Assembly (NCBI GenBank): GCA_964016885.1
Contig: OZ024762.1
Coordinates: 25,358,001 to 25,422,000, forward strand
DNA: 64,000 nt
Origin: Eledone cirrhosa
Taxonomy: Eukaryota
Direction: 5' to 3'
Shown here: one piece after another, positions 1 through 12,942 of the stretch
Numbering within the stretch: position 1 is the first letter of the stretch
How the letters are laid out: every line of letters begins with the position of its first letter
Program-made: the position numbers and the translations under genes
Notes under the pieces: model-generated
Told to the model about the DNA's origin: nothing
Database searches by the model: none
What the model saw: only the letters and a program-made list of their open reading frames with translations

Positions 1-577
<577 letters not shown>

Positions 578-589
578 CGTGTGTGTGTG

Positions 590-790
590 CGAGGGTTGAC
601 TGAAAGTTGATAGGCTGACTATGTAGGGGTGATGCTAGGACTTACACACATGCATGCACTTGCTTGCTTTAGTCAGGCCTGAGGAGTACGTTGGTGATGT
701 TTTAGGTTTTCTGCGTTAGCTAGCAGTGTTTCGGCGGCGGCTTTGTGTTATTGGTGAAGATAAAGGTCCATACGTACATTCACCAGTGTT
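590..790 (+). mobile_element. Tc1/mariner-type relic starting with a TIR-like sequence
   Basis: cgagggttgactgaaagttgataggctgactatg resembles the TIR of the MITE at 9052-9265. Confidence 0.55.
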
Positions 791-805
791 TAACCCTTGT
801 GGTAG

Positions 806-1735
806 GCGGTGAATTGGCACAGTTCGTAGTACGTCGGATATAATGCTTTTGTGTATTCATTTAGGTTCTCTGCTCTTTGAGTTCAAATCTCGTCGAGGTC
901 AACTTTGCCTTTCATGAATTCCAGGTCGATTAACAAAACTAGCAGTCTTGTACTGCAGTCTATCCTTCCTCCATATCTTTTTCTCGCGTCCATTCTCTCA
1001 CTTTCTATACTTCTCTGGAAGAAATCCATGTATTTGGACTTGGAGAGAGGATGATCTGCCTTTCATCAATTGGAGGTCAATAAACAAAAGTACCAGTCAT
1101 GTACTGCGGTCTATTCTTCCTCTATATCTCTTTCTCATTTCCATTCTCTCACCCTCTGTACTTCACTGGAATAAATCTCTTGTATTCCGACCAGGAGAGA
1201 GGATGGTCTACCTTTCATCCATTCGAGATCAATAAAGAAAAGTACCAGTCTAGTACTGGAGTCGATTCTTCCTCCATATCTCTTTCTCGCTTCCATCCTC
1301 TATTTCTCTATCCATCTCTGGAAGAAATCTATTGTGTTCAGACCTGGAGAGTAGGTGATCAACTTTGACTTTCATCCAGACGAGGTCAATAAGAAAAGTA
1401 CCAGTTTAGTACTGGGTCTACTCTTCCTTTATATTTATCTCTCACTTCCATTCACTATCCTTCATTTGAAGAAATCTATTGTGTTCAGACCAGGAGAAGG
1501 GACGATCAACTTTGCTTTTCATCCATTCGAGGTCAATAAGAAAAGTACCAGTCAAATACTGGAGTCGATTCTTCCCCGATGTTCATCTCTTTCCCTTCTA
1601 TTCTTTATCCTTTTCTGGAAGAAATCTAAGATGGATTCTGCCAAGTTTAAAAACAAAATGGCCTACAAACGCCGTATACCAGTACAGTGCCACTACGACC
1701 CCTCAAGAGATACGGGACTACACATGCATACATGC
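806..1735 (+). mobile_element. tRNA-derived SINE with five internal ~150-bp tandem units and a distinct 3' tail
   Basis: Head ggcggtgaattggca..gagttcaaat (A/B-box-like). Unit gaggtcaataagaaaagtaccagt..ctggaagaaatct..ctttgcctttcatcc recurs at ~922, 1073, 1225, 1382 and 1529. Confidence 0.8.
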
Positions 1736-2329
1736 AACCCTTGTGGTATTTACCCTTTTTTTGCAACCAACTGATCTTCTGCTGCCATTTTCTTTTATTA
1801 TTTTTCAGTGATTTTGTTTTACTAGGTAACATTGATTGAATTCGTTTTACTACTGGGCAAACTGCCAGTATTGATTTAGGTTTTTACTGGACAGAATGCC
1901 AAACTTCCTAGCTAGGAGTTGCCTTCAGTTGCAATGACAGCAGTATGTTATTATATTTTTATAATTACATATTTTATTATTAGTACTGTCACATCTCACA
2001 CAAGTCTGCTTTCTTTTTGAAATCTTCTCTTATACGAAAACACGACTCTTCCCTGCAGGCATTCCTTTTTACCGAACTTAAACCATATAAAGTAATTAGA
2101 AGTTATTTTTCGTCTTCGCTAAAGAGGCGAAAACAATTATTAACGATGTCAAACGTTTCAACCGACTTACGTATATTGATTTTATATTATTTATTATCAT
2201 TATTAGTTTTAGTATTATTTTAACATTAGTCTCACTTATATTTGCGTGTAAGCCATGGGTGTACGTAAAATTGTTTTTAGTGCGGGCCTTTCCATTGCAT
2301 TGAAAATACGCTTCGTTATATATATATAT

Positions 2330-2522
2330 AGTTGTTACTACTTGTGGCACAAGGCCAGCAATTACCCACAGTGTATTACTGGTACTTTATTTTATCGACC
2401 CCGTAAGGATGAAAGGGACAGATAACCACGGCGAAATTTGATCTCAGATCGTAAAGGGGCGTAACTCTATGCTACAAAGCATGGCGTCCGACCCTCTACC
2501 GATACTGCCAATCCACCGCTCT
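2330..2522 (-). mobile_element. tRNA-derived SINE (Octopus-type)
   Basis: ggcacaaggccagcaatt..actggtactttattttatcgacccc..ggatgaaagg..tttgatctcag is shared with many copies in the window. Confidence 0.85.
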
Positions 2523-3005
2523 CCAGGGAATATATAGTGCCTAGTGGTGTTGTTTTCTATACGGTGTATATGTTTATACGTCCAAGGCATTTGGCTATGT
2601 ATTTAATTGTGTGTGTATGTGTGTATTGGTGTGGGGGTTATCATTCCCAAAGCTCCTATTATTTAACTATTTATTTAGTTGCGTTCCACAGAGGGGCTGG
2701 GGCCATGCTAGAGCACCAATGGAGATTGTTTCTGCTTTTAACATTCCACGTTCGGGTAATTTCGATCTCCAGATTTTTATATTTTATAACACAAACACAC
2801 ATATATAGGCACAAACACAAACTCACATCCCAAACACACACACACGCACACGTATATGTATATATATACATATATATATACGTATATATATATACATATA
2901 TATATATACATATATATACATAAAGAGAGATAGAGAGTGTGTTTGTCTGAGAGAAAAAGGAATATGTTTTACACATATATAATAGAAATATATGTATACA
3001 TGTAT

Positions 3006-3095
<90 letters not shown>

Positions 3096-3124
3096 TTGTG
3101 TGTATATATATATATATGTATATA

Positions 3125-3254
<130 letters not shown>

Positions 3255-3311
3255 CACACACACACATATATATATATATGTATATACGTATATATGCATG
3301 TAGATGTATGC

Positions 3312-3348
<37 letters not shown>

Positions 3349-3645
3349 GTTCAAGAGTAACCAATCTTAAAAAGAAAGATGCAGATATGAGAGGAGATAT
3401 GAGAAGAGATATGAGAGGAGAGATTGGTGAATTAGTTAGAAGCCAAAGCGTAAAGGCATGTGCTCAATGTGCAATGTGCAGTAGAAAGCAGCTAGGTGGC
3501 TGGGTTCACGCAGAAGTTAGGTGCATTATTATTATTAATATTATTATTATTATTCTCTACATTCCTTACATCAAACTAAAATATGTTGACAATCTTTTGA
3601 TAATGTCTTCCTTGTGAAATTTGTGGTCTTGTTTTGCTTAACTAA

Positions 3646-3732
<87 letters not shown>

Positions 3733-3797
3733 ATATATGTGTGTGTGCGTGTGTTTATATAGACGTGTGTATGTATATGTGTCCATACATATGTATG

Positions 3798-3878
<81 letters not shown>

Positions 3879-3918
3879 AAGAAGAAATTAAAAGATGGTT
3901 AAAAGAGTTCCATATATT

Positions 3919-3980
3919 TTATTATGCTCATTTCGAATACAAAATCATCCTGGGACAAAAATTATGTTCTCATCAGATAA
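3919..3980 (-). ncRNA. Type I hammerhead ribozyme in inverted pLTR
   Basis: Minus strand reads TTAT-CTGATGA-GAA..TTC-GAAAT-GAGC-ATA-ATAA. Confidence 0.75.
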
Positions 3981-4349
3981 AATAAGGTAATATAATATGA
4001 GACATAATAGCACTTGTTTACAGGAAAGTGCTAAGTCTAGATATGACAGAAATATAAGTGTTAATGCTATAGTAAGAAATAGATAGGAAAATAGAAGAAA
4101 AGAAGAGGAGAAAAAGGAAAAAGAAAGGAAGAAAGGAAAAAAAAAGAAGAAATAGGGAAGAGAGAGAGGGAAATAGAGAGAGATAGACTTTTGATCAGGA
4201 ACGCTGTCAAAATGAAAACAGCTGTAAATAACGGTTAAAAAGTAAATTGATGAGGCGTATGTGCGAATAGAGGTCTAAATATAGAAACTGGGTATATTAT
4301 TTTATATTGGGTTTAAATACTAAAAATTACTAGAGGAGAAATAAACATC

Positions 4350-5190
4350 ATTCTCACCGCTAGGAAAACCATCTTAGAATTTAAGAATGAATGTTGGACA
4401 AGAGCGGATACTTCCAACAATTTCGACATCACCATGGGTTCGTCGGATTCAGCTCAACTGACCGACTTAGTTCGAATTTTCATCCTGAATTCTTTAAACC
4501 GGAAAACTCCCCAGCTTTGCGGTAGGATTTATCGTGATAATGCTCTCGTTACTGTCTCTAATTGTAACAATGTAAACTTTAATATAATTAAGAAAAATAT
4601 ACTTGATCAATTTAAGCATCTTAACTTAAAAATTTAATTCGGGAATAAAGATAAAATAGCAAATTTCCTTGATATATCCCTTAATCTAGATACCGGCCTA
4701 TATTACCCATATCATAAGGATAATGAGAACTTAAATTACGTTAACTTTAAATCTAACCACCCCAATAATGTTAAAACTGCTATAGTCAAAAGTGTAGAAA
4801 AAATAATTTCTAATTTATCCTCTAATAAAGATATCTTCGAAGCTAATGCCAACTATTATAATAATGCCCTATCTAGGGCTTGATATCTAGACAAAATTAG
4901 GTATACTAAAGAACTTAACCTTGGCAGAGGTTATAATAACTCTAGTAACGTAGCTAGTAATAATCATACTGCTAACAAAAGAAGGAGACCTAGATATAAA
5001 AATATCCTTTGGTACAAAGCTCCCATCTCTTTTTCACTTATTAGTAATATCCCTAAATTATAACAGATTCCCCCTTTCACATATATATATAGCAACATTT
5101 TTAATAAGCATACCAATAAATTGTCATATTCTACTACTTCGAACATTTCTAAAATTATCTCAAGAGATCATTCTAAAATTATTAAAGAAT
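4350..5190 (+). pseudogene. PLE reverse transcriptase C-terminal remnant with stops
   Basis: ORF 4434-4637 MGSSDSAQLTDLV..GRIYRDNAL resembles the PLE motif MGSxDGAE..GLYRDD. Downstream FLDISLNL..YVNFKSNHP. Confidence 0.8.
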
Positions 5191-5301
5191 AACTCATATG
5201 CATCCAACCATGAGAGTCATAATAATAACACTATAAGGCCCGACGTCAATGTAAACTCTAGGCAAAATAACACAAGTATAAATACAACGTCCAACGTAAC
5301 T

Positions 5302-5859
5302 TTGAGGAATGCATCAAATAATAATGTAAATCTGCAAACTTTAGCACCTCCTTTAGTTAATACCACCATTCCAGTTCCTAATATAATTAATCCTGGGCCA
5401 CTTGCCAATAACACTGTAAATAATCTGAACCGTAAATGCCCTATTAGAACTAATTGTCCTCTTAGTAATTTCTGTCTCGATAAAAACCTTGTATACGAAT
5501 GTAAAGTGGTAACTAGTACCAATTCCTATAACTACATTGGCTCTACATCTACCTCCTTTAAAGCAAGATTATATAATCATTCTTCTACATTTAAATCTCC
5601 ACTTAAAAGGACCAGCACCGCATTCTCAGAACTTATTTGGTCCTTAAAAGACAAAAACACAAATTACGAAATTTCTTGGCGTAAAATCTACAACGCATCT
5701 CAATACTCCAATGCTTCCATATCTAGTGTTTGTAATTTATGTCTAGTTGAAAAATTTACCATTATCTCAAATTTCAACACATTAATAAATCGAAGAACCG
5801 ATTTATTTGGACTTTGTAATCATAAATCCTACAAGACCTTTCACAAATTATATAGCTGA
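5302..5859 (+). pseudogene. PLE GIY-YIG endonuclease domain
   Basis: CP..NCPL..CL..LVY..YIGSTSTSFKARLYNH..W..CNLCLVEK..LINRRT..CNH. Confidence 0.9.
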
Positions 5860-6415
5860 TGTCCTATAACATATTCCACGAGTCATGGTTATCTTTACAC
5901 ATCTTTCATTATATTCTACAATGTATTAATTTGGTTTTCTCATCATATATTAAGCCTTTGATCTTTTTTTCTATAGCCTTAGATTTTCGCTCAAACCTTC
6001 GTAGATTTTGTAAACAAATTATGACGTCATATGTTTTTCTACGTTTATAAATCATTCTAGCAATTTCCTTTATTTACTTGTTGACATAAAATAAAATAAA
6101 AGAGTATACCCCACATATATAGATTTTTACTAGAAATTATTAATTTTGGCATAGACATACTATTTTAATTTTAATTTTATTTTATAAAAATCTATTTTTT
6201 CTATTTATTTTATTTTATTTTATTTTATTAATACATTTTTACACTTCTTAATCTAATTTTTAGTATTTAAACCCAATATAAAATAATATACCCAGGTTCT
6301 ATATTTAGACCTCTAATATTTGAATACTGTCTATAATATTCGCACATACACCTCTTCAATTTACTTTTTAACCGTTATTTACAGCTGTTTTCATTTTGAC
6401 AGCGTTCCTGATCAA

Positions 6416-6486
<71 letters not shown>

Positions 6487-6665
6487 TTTTGTCTTCTTTT
6501 TTTCCTTTCTTCTCTTTCTTTTTCCTTTTTCTCCTCTTCTTTCCGTTTCTTCTATTTTCCTATCTATTTCTTACTATAGTATTAACACATATATTTCAGT
6601 CATATGTAGACGTAGCACTTTCCTGTAAACAAGTGCTATTATGCCTCTTACCCTGTTACCTTATT

Positions 6666-6727
6666 TTATCTGATGTGAACGCAATTTTTGTCCCAGGAGG
6701 ATTTTGTATCCGAAATGCGCATAATAA
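6666..6727 (+). ncRNA. Type I hammerhead ribozyme (A9 mutated) in 3' pLTR
   Basis: TTAT-CTGATGT-G..C-GAAATGCGCATA-ATAA; stem III ATGCGCAT is palindromic. Confidence 0.7.
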
Positions 6728-7204
6728 AATATATGGAACTCTTTTAACCATCGTTTAATTTCTTCTTTTTATATATATATACTCCAGTTCTACCAACTGT
6801 TGAGTGCTACTTATCTGATATATGGATAGTTTTATTGTTCTACAATATTATTCACCTTCTACATATATATATATACATGTGTGTATGTGAGTGTGTGTGT
6901 GTGAGTGTGTGTATGTATCTGAAAGTGTACATATGTAAGTGTACGTGTATGTAAGAGTGTATGGCGAGGAGAGAGAATGAGGCCAGCTACATGGCGTCTT
7001 CATTTCTGAGTTGGCAGCAAGAACGTAATCCACTTAGAGGATATGTTCCAAAAATACAAAACAAATGAACTTTTCAAAAGACGATTGCTACAAACACAAA
7101 TAAATGACAATGGGATTTCTTATTCCAATTAATCAACAACAATTCTAGCTTCTTGTTAGAGCTCATCTATGTTTGTCATCCCGTTGGATTCGAACACAAA
7201 CACA

Positions 7205-7325
<121 letters not shown>

Positions 7326-7376
7326 TATGAAGAGAGAAGAAATATATGTGTGTGTCCGCATGTATCTGTGTGTTTC

Positions 7377-7430
<54 letters not shown>

Positions 7431-7480
7431 CATACATACATATATATATATACTTACATACATTTATATATATATAAACT

Positions 7481-7563
<83 letters not shown>

Positions 7564-7628
7564 CTGTGTGTACTATCCATCTATATACCTATACATGAAC
7601 AGGCGTGCACAAATATATTATTTGTATG

Positions 7629-7671
<43 letters not shown>

Positions 7672-7763
7672 AAGTATTGTGTATACATATATTCATTATA
7701 AACACATTCCTTATTTCGGATGTATGCCACCATGAATGTAATGATGTATACACACCCAAACAT

Positions 7764-7802
<39 letters not shown>

Positions 7803-8114
7803 CTCTCTACTCATATAATATATCTTCATTGCATCTGTATATTCAGCGGGTGGCAGCACGACAGTAAATTTTAATATAAAACAGAATAACATAGCAATGG
7901 TCGGTTCTCCATCAGTTCCTACGACGATCACTCAATTTCTCAACTAAAACTCTGGAAAGCCTCCTACGAGATGTTACTTCGAAGGAGGCAGCTAAACCTA
8001 CATGCTGCTCAACAGAAAAGAAACAACACGGACACGCGGAATACTCAACCATGTACACACAAAATTAATGAATAGGTAGGTTAATCCATCGAACAATTTG
8101 AATACTCTTCGTAT

Positions 8115-8387
8115 TCTTCTTCTTCACCCACTTATTCCTGGGTGGGCCGAGAGGGGCAGAGTCCTTAAGCCCTCCTTCCAGCTTCTAGTGGGTCATGTCT
8201 GAAGCAACTCTCCTCTAATTAATCCGGCTGGGTCCACAAACGAGACAATTTGCACGAGCTCATGAATGTTATCCAACCATCTTGCTCGAAGTCTTCTTCT
8301 TGCTCTCCCGTCGGTTGGCTTTGCCTGTAAAAATCTGTCCAGTGATTCTTTCCTAAGATATTCTAACCACAACTCCGTAGTATTGGT
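8115..8387 (-). mobile_element. RTE-type LINE 3' fragment
   Basis: Reverse complement is similar to 16420-16670 (QAKPT..R..R.RWLDNIHE) and has a GAA-type tail. Confidence 0.7.
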
Positions 8388-8394
8388 TAAAATA

Positions 8395-9785
8395 CTCGTC
8401 GTTGAAATCGATGGAGATCCGTTTACTTATTGTGTTTATGCATGAATCTCTGTTCAGATCGAATCGGTAGTTCACTTTTTCTAACACTTCGGAAACTCAT
8501 CGTCGAAGTAGCTGGAGATCCATTTATGTATATACGTATGTCTCTCTACATAGAATTCGGCTGGTCTTTCCCTTAATCCTCTACAACAAAAGAACTTTCC
8601 AGAAGCAAATTCATGGTCTTTATTGATCTAACGGACCCTCGTTCATTTTTAGTTCACTTGATCTAACAGCTGACATATATACTGTCGAAGTAAACGGAGA
8701 TCCAATTACTTATTTACTTACTTTATGTATGCATATCCAATCCAATCAAGGCCTTCTCATCCCTGGTTGAGGAACCCCTCCCTGGTTGACCTCCAACGCT
8801 TTCTGTTTGGGTTTTATCATGTGTTCAGTGATGTAGCGTTCTTCACCATGCTTGGCTAATTACGAGTTGATGAGTCTATTTAACCCATAGTTGGGGTGGA
8901 TGGCACTTGACTGAGGACAGCATCCGCCCTTTTGAACAGTTTATAGTCTTGATCTAATAACTGACATACGCACCGTCGATATAGCCGGAGATCCGCTTAA
9001 TTACATGTATGCATATATCTCAAGTTACTTATATATGCATATATCTCTGTTTACGAGGGTCTGCTGAAACTTCATAGGCTGACTATGAAGGACTGTTGCT
9101 AATGCTGTGAAATCTTGAATGCATTGCTTTCAACTATTTTTATTAATAACCGCATTGTTCTTTCCAGGATCTATGTTGAAAATTAAATTCCATTTGGTCA
9201 TTCCATGAGAGTATCTTGGTCAGCCTATGAAGTTTTTAACATAAAATATTTAACCGACCTTCGTATATAAAAATTGGCTGCAATTTTGTTAAACATTCAT
9301 GAACGAAATTACCCCTATTCAGGGCCTCCAAGAGAAATTTTGAAAGGCGGTTCAATACCCCTTTAGGGCTCGAAACAGGCACATATCTTTCTCAAAATGG
9401 ATGTTGTGTGGTTGCTGTGGGGCATTCTTAGCTCTTATGCCCCGGAAGAAAGTATCGGTTGGACCCCATTCTCATATGTCCTGCCTTCATTCACTCCAAA
9501 TTTACTTGCTTGAAATAACAACTGACATAAAGCATCGTCGATATAGACGAGGATCCGTGTTCTTACTTACTTTATATCTATGTATAGAACGTTGTTCATA
9601 TGAAAATTGGCTGCACTTTCGTTAAACAGCCATGAACGAAAGGACCCTAATTCAGTGCTAAATTCACTGATTTGATCTAACAACTGACATAACGCATCGT
9701 CGACATAGACGGAGATTCGTTTACTTACTTTATACCTGTGCATGCAACGCTGTTCATATGAAAACTGGCTACACTTTCGTTAACC
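8395..9785 (+). repeat. Decayed local tandem repeat (about 6 copies) interrupted by insertions
   Basis: gatctaacaactgacata..cgtcga..gacggagatccgtttacttactttat recurs at ~8400, 8500, 8660, 8950, 9510 and 9675. Confidence 0.7.
9052..9265. mobile_element. Mariner-type MITE
   Basis: TA-flanked TIRs tacgagggtctgctgaaacttcataggctgac / gtcagcctatgaag..gaccttcgta. Relatives at ~17180, ~47500-47630 and ~47850-48048. Confidence 0.75.
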
Positions 9786-9944
9786 TTATACAACAAAAGA
9801 TGAAATTACTTTGTCAATAAACAGAAAAAACAGTGAAGCAGAACCGTTGAGTGATGAATGAAGTTGGTCTGCTCGGCTCATTGTCTTTCGATCAAAGAAC
9901 TACGTGTGTGAGTGTGAGTGTTAGTGTGTGTGTGTGCGTGTGTA

Positions 9945-9977
<33 letters not shown>

Positions 9978-10152
9978 GGGAGGGAGAAAGAAAGATTATG
10001 TGTGTCTGTGAGAAAGATTGTGTGTGTATGTGGAGTATGAGTGTGTGAGTACAAGAGAGTGTGTGTGAGTATGCGTTTTTATGTATGGCTAGATAGGCGT
10101 GTATAAATGTATATATGTGTGATTAGTGATCATGTTGAAGATCACGTGTATG

Positions 10153-10194
<42 letters not shown>

Positions 10195-10366
10195 TAGGTG
10201 AAAAGTACATATGCATATATGAAAGAAACGTAATATATATACAGACATATAGATATATAGATATATATACAACTATGTGTATACTCTGGGATTTTACATA
10301 ACATTACCTATTGAGTACGCAGAGATACAACCGGTACTAGCAGTGAAACCCATGCTAGACCTGTGA

Positions 10367-10427
<61 letters not shown>

Positions 10428-10612
10428 TATTGAAGTTTCCGTTGAAAATTGAAAAAGTGATAGGAGTGAAGAGTGCTCTATGTAAGTACGGGAGCAAAAT
10501 TTAATGTATAATAATTTGCCTTGTCCGACGAACGAATGAGGACGTTTTTCGTATTCGTCTTATTCGGGACACCTCTGGTAATGAAGTAATTATATTGTAT
10601 TGTTTATTATAC

Positions 10613-10651
<39 letters not shown>

Positions 10652-10899
10652 AATATATTTAGAAACACACAGATACATGCGGACACACACATATACATGA
10701 ATGCATCCACACCCAACCGTGAGTTAATGGTGCCAACCTTACCGATGTTGCTCAATGAATGACTGGGACAGACCAATCCGGTTGAATTAGACTGAACCAG
10801 TATCAGAGTTAAAAATACATTATAAAGAGAGAAAAAGAGAGAAGAAATATTTAGATATAATTAGTAATAAAATGTATGATACCTAAACTGCTCCTAGAT

Positions 10900-10989
10900 T
10901 CCTCGACTACGTAGTTTCGTGGCATAAACAAAAACAATACATCATAAAGATATAGAGTCCTTGCGAGGTCTGCCGACTTATCAAGAGGA
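10900..10989 (-). ncRNA. Hammerhead ribozyme, U3-A8 core variant
   Basis: TCCTC-TTGATAA-GTCGGCA..TGCCAC-GAAACTACGTAGTC-GAGGA; ACTACGTAGT is palindromic. Confidence 0.8.
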
Positions 10990-11492
10990 TACCTCATTTT
11001 ACTAGCTTCAAGAACGCGTCTACACGACGTGAGAAAGAATCCCAAAAGGCGGAGGGGGAGATAGTCACGCGATATAACGGTCGAGAAACAGACCTAAGCC
11101 TCTTATAACCCCGAAGAAAATACCACGGAGGCGGAGGGGGTATTTATATCGAAGCCGTAGAAGAGGTGGTGAAGGGGACGAGAAGTATGAGTAATGGCAG
11201 CTTTCCAGCAGTCACCACACTTCAAAGATTACTCGACCAGAGGGAGTTATGAACAATATATTTAGAAACACACAGATACATGCGGACACACACATATACA
11301 TGAATGCATCCACACCCAACCGTGAGTTAATGGTGCCAACCTTACCGATGTTGCTCAATGAATGACTGGGACAGACCAATCCGGTTGAATTAGACTGAAC
11401 CAGTATCAGAGTTAAAAATACATTATGAAGAGAGAAGAAACATTTAGATATAATTAGTAATAAAATGTATCATACCTAAACTGCTCCTAGAT

Positions 11493-11582
11493 TCCTCGAC
11501 TACGTACTTTCGTGGCATAAACAAAAACAATACATCATAAAGATATAGAGTCCTTGCGAGGTCTGCCGACTTATCAAGAGGA
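11493..11582 (-). ncRNA. Hammerhead ribozyme, U3-A8 variant (copy 2, one stem III substitution)
   Basis: Same as 10900-10989 except GAAAG instead of GAAAC. Confidence 0.7.
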
Positions 11583-11769
11583 TACCTCATTTTACTAGCT
11601 TCAAGAACGCGTCTACACGACGTGAGAAAGAATCCCAAAAGGCGGAGGGGGAGATAGTCACGCGATATAACGGTCGAGAAACAGAGCTAAGCCTCTTATA
11701 ACCCCGAAGAAAATACCACAGAGGCGGAGGGGGTATTTATATCGAACTTGAAGCTAGTAAAATGAGGTA

Positions 11770-11859
11770 TCCTCTTGATAAGTCGGCAGACCTCGCAAGG
11801 ACTCTATATCTTTATGATGTATTGTTTTTGTTTATGCCACGAAACTACGTAGTCGAGGA
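11770..11859 (+). ncRNA. Hammerhead ribozyme, U3-A8 variant (inverted copy 3)
   Basis: tcctc-ttgataa-gtcggca..tgccac-gaaactacgtagtc-gagga. Confidence 0.8.
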
Positions 11860-11925
11860 ATCTAGGAGCATTTTAGGTATGATACATTTTATTACTAATT
11901 ATATCTAAATGTTTCTTCTCTCTTC

Positions 11926-11962
<37 letters not shown>

Positions 11963-11964
<2 letters not shown>

Positions 11965-12870
11965 AAGGACTTTACGAAGGTCCGACTTCCACACCGATCT
12001 CAAGCTGTGGCACGCCGCCCAGGCTTTGCTCTTCCTCTCAACCACATCATCTTCCATATTCCCAATCTTTGCTCTCAAATACAGGAAGCCGTCAACCAAT
12101 TCTAGCGGCTTCCCGCCTACATTAGTGATCCCCTCTGGCTTCTCAACATTCCCTACCAGATATTTTGTTTTAGTCTCATTCATTCTCAGCCCCACACTCA
12201 TCGACACAGTCTCAACCTCCTGCACCAAATCCTCTGCCTCCTTCACTGTATTTGTCACCAAAACTATGTCGTCAAGCCAGAGTCCTGGTGTTTCTCCGGT
12301 GCAAGGCGCATACAATAGTCCACTACGATGATAAAAAGGTAGGGAGCCAATGGATCTCCCTGGAGCACTCCAGCCAGTATCTCAAAGAACTCTGTCATAC
12401 CATCAGGTGTAATGACTTCGTAAAGACCTGAAAATCCGCCTCTTCATTGCTGTAGTGGAGACTGTGCTGCTGTACGGGTCTGAGACTTGGACACTGACCA
12501 AGAAACTCACTCTGATGGTGGAGGGGTGCTACACGAAAATGCTGAGGATGGCTCTGAACATTAATCAGTATACACTGAGGATGAAAAACTGAGAGCTGTG
12601 TGGGAGCCTCCCAAAAGTCAGCTCAAAAGTGACACAGAGGAGACTGAGGTTAGCTGGACATGCTCACCGGCAACCAGAGTTGACATTGCACTCAGTGCTC
12701 CTGTGGGAGCCCCTACATGGACACACTGGAAGAGGAAGACCAGGGTTAACGAATGTTGATGCCCTAAGGACAGACACTAGTGTGTTGGAGACTCAGGACA
12801 TGGCAGCGATAATGAGTGACAGAGACCGCTGGAGAGAACTCGTCCATTGATCTCGGGAATTTTACCCGCC
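11963..12870 (+). mobile_element. RTE-type LINE, 5'-truncated with 5' inversion
   Basis: Minus part 11963-12413 encodes ..LDDIVLV..GLRMNETKTKY..WKSDLRK. Plus part from ~12414 continues KDLKIRLF..LLYGSETWTLT..RRLRLAGH..GRP..DRDRW. Confidence 0.9.
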
Positions 12871-12942
12871 CTAGATAGATATATATGTAAGTGATTGTGT
12901 GTATAGTGTGGTGACATTAGTGGCAATAACTGTGATTTATAA

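Larger units (their letters stand above)
3875..6770 (+). mobile_element. 5'-truncated Penelope-like element with inverted pseudo-LTR, flanked by (TA)n
   Basis: 3875-4330 is the reverse complement of ~6258-6770. Between them lie RT remnants (FDITMGSSDSAQ..IYRDNAL, FLDISL) and a GIY-YIG domain. There is an HHR motif in each pLTR. Confidence 0.9.
10650..11927 (-). mobile_element. Non-coding PLE pLTR-like element: ~600-bp tandem duplication plus inverted 3' part, three HHRs
   Basis: 10650-~11152 is repeated at 11253-11745. 11746-11927 is the reverse complement of ~11422-11603. Flanked by (TA)n. Confidence 0.85.

Noticed and set aside
890-1630. Regularly spaced repeats suggestive of CRISPR (also 8395-9785)
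   Set aside because: The whole unit is repeated and diverged, with no unique spacers and no cas genes; the context is eukaryotic SINE DNA.
10330-10370. GGTA..GAAACC..TGAAGA as a second permuted hammerhead
   Set aside because: Better explained as a simple hairpin; the core is not adjacent to stem I and there is no stem II.
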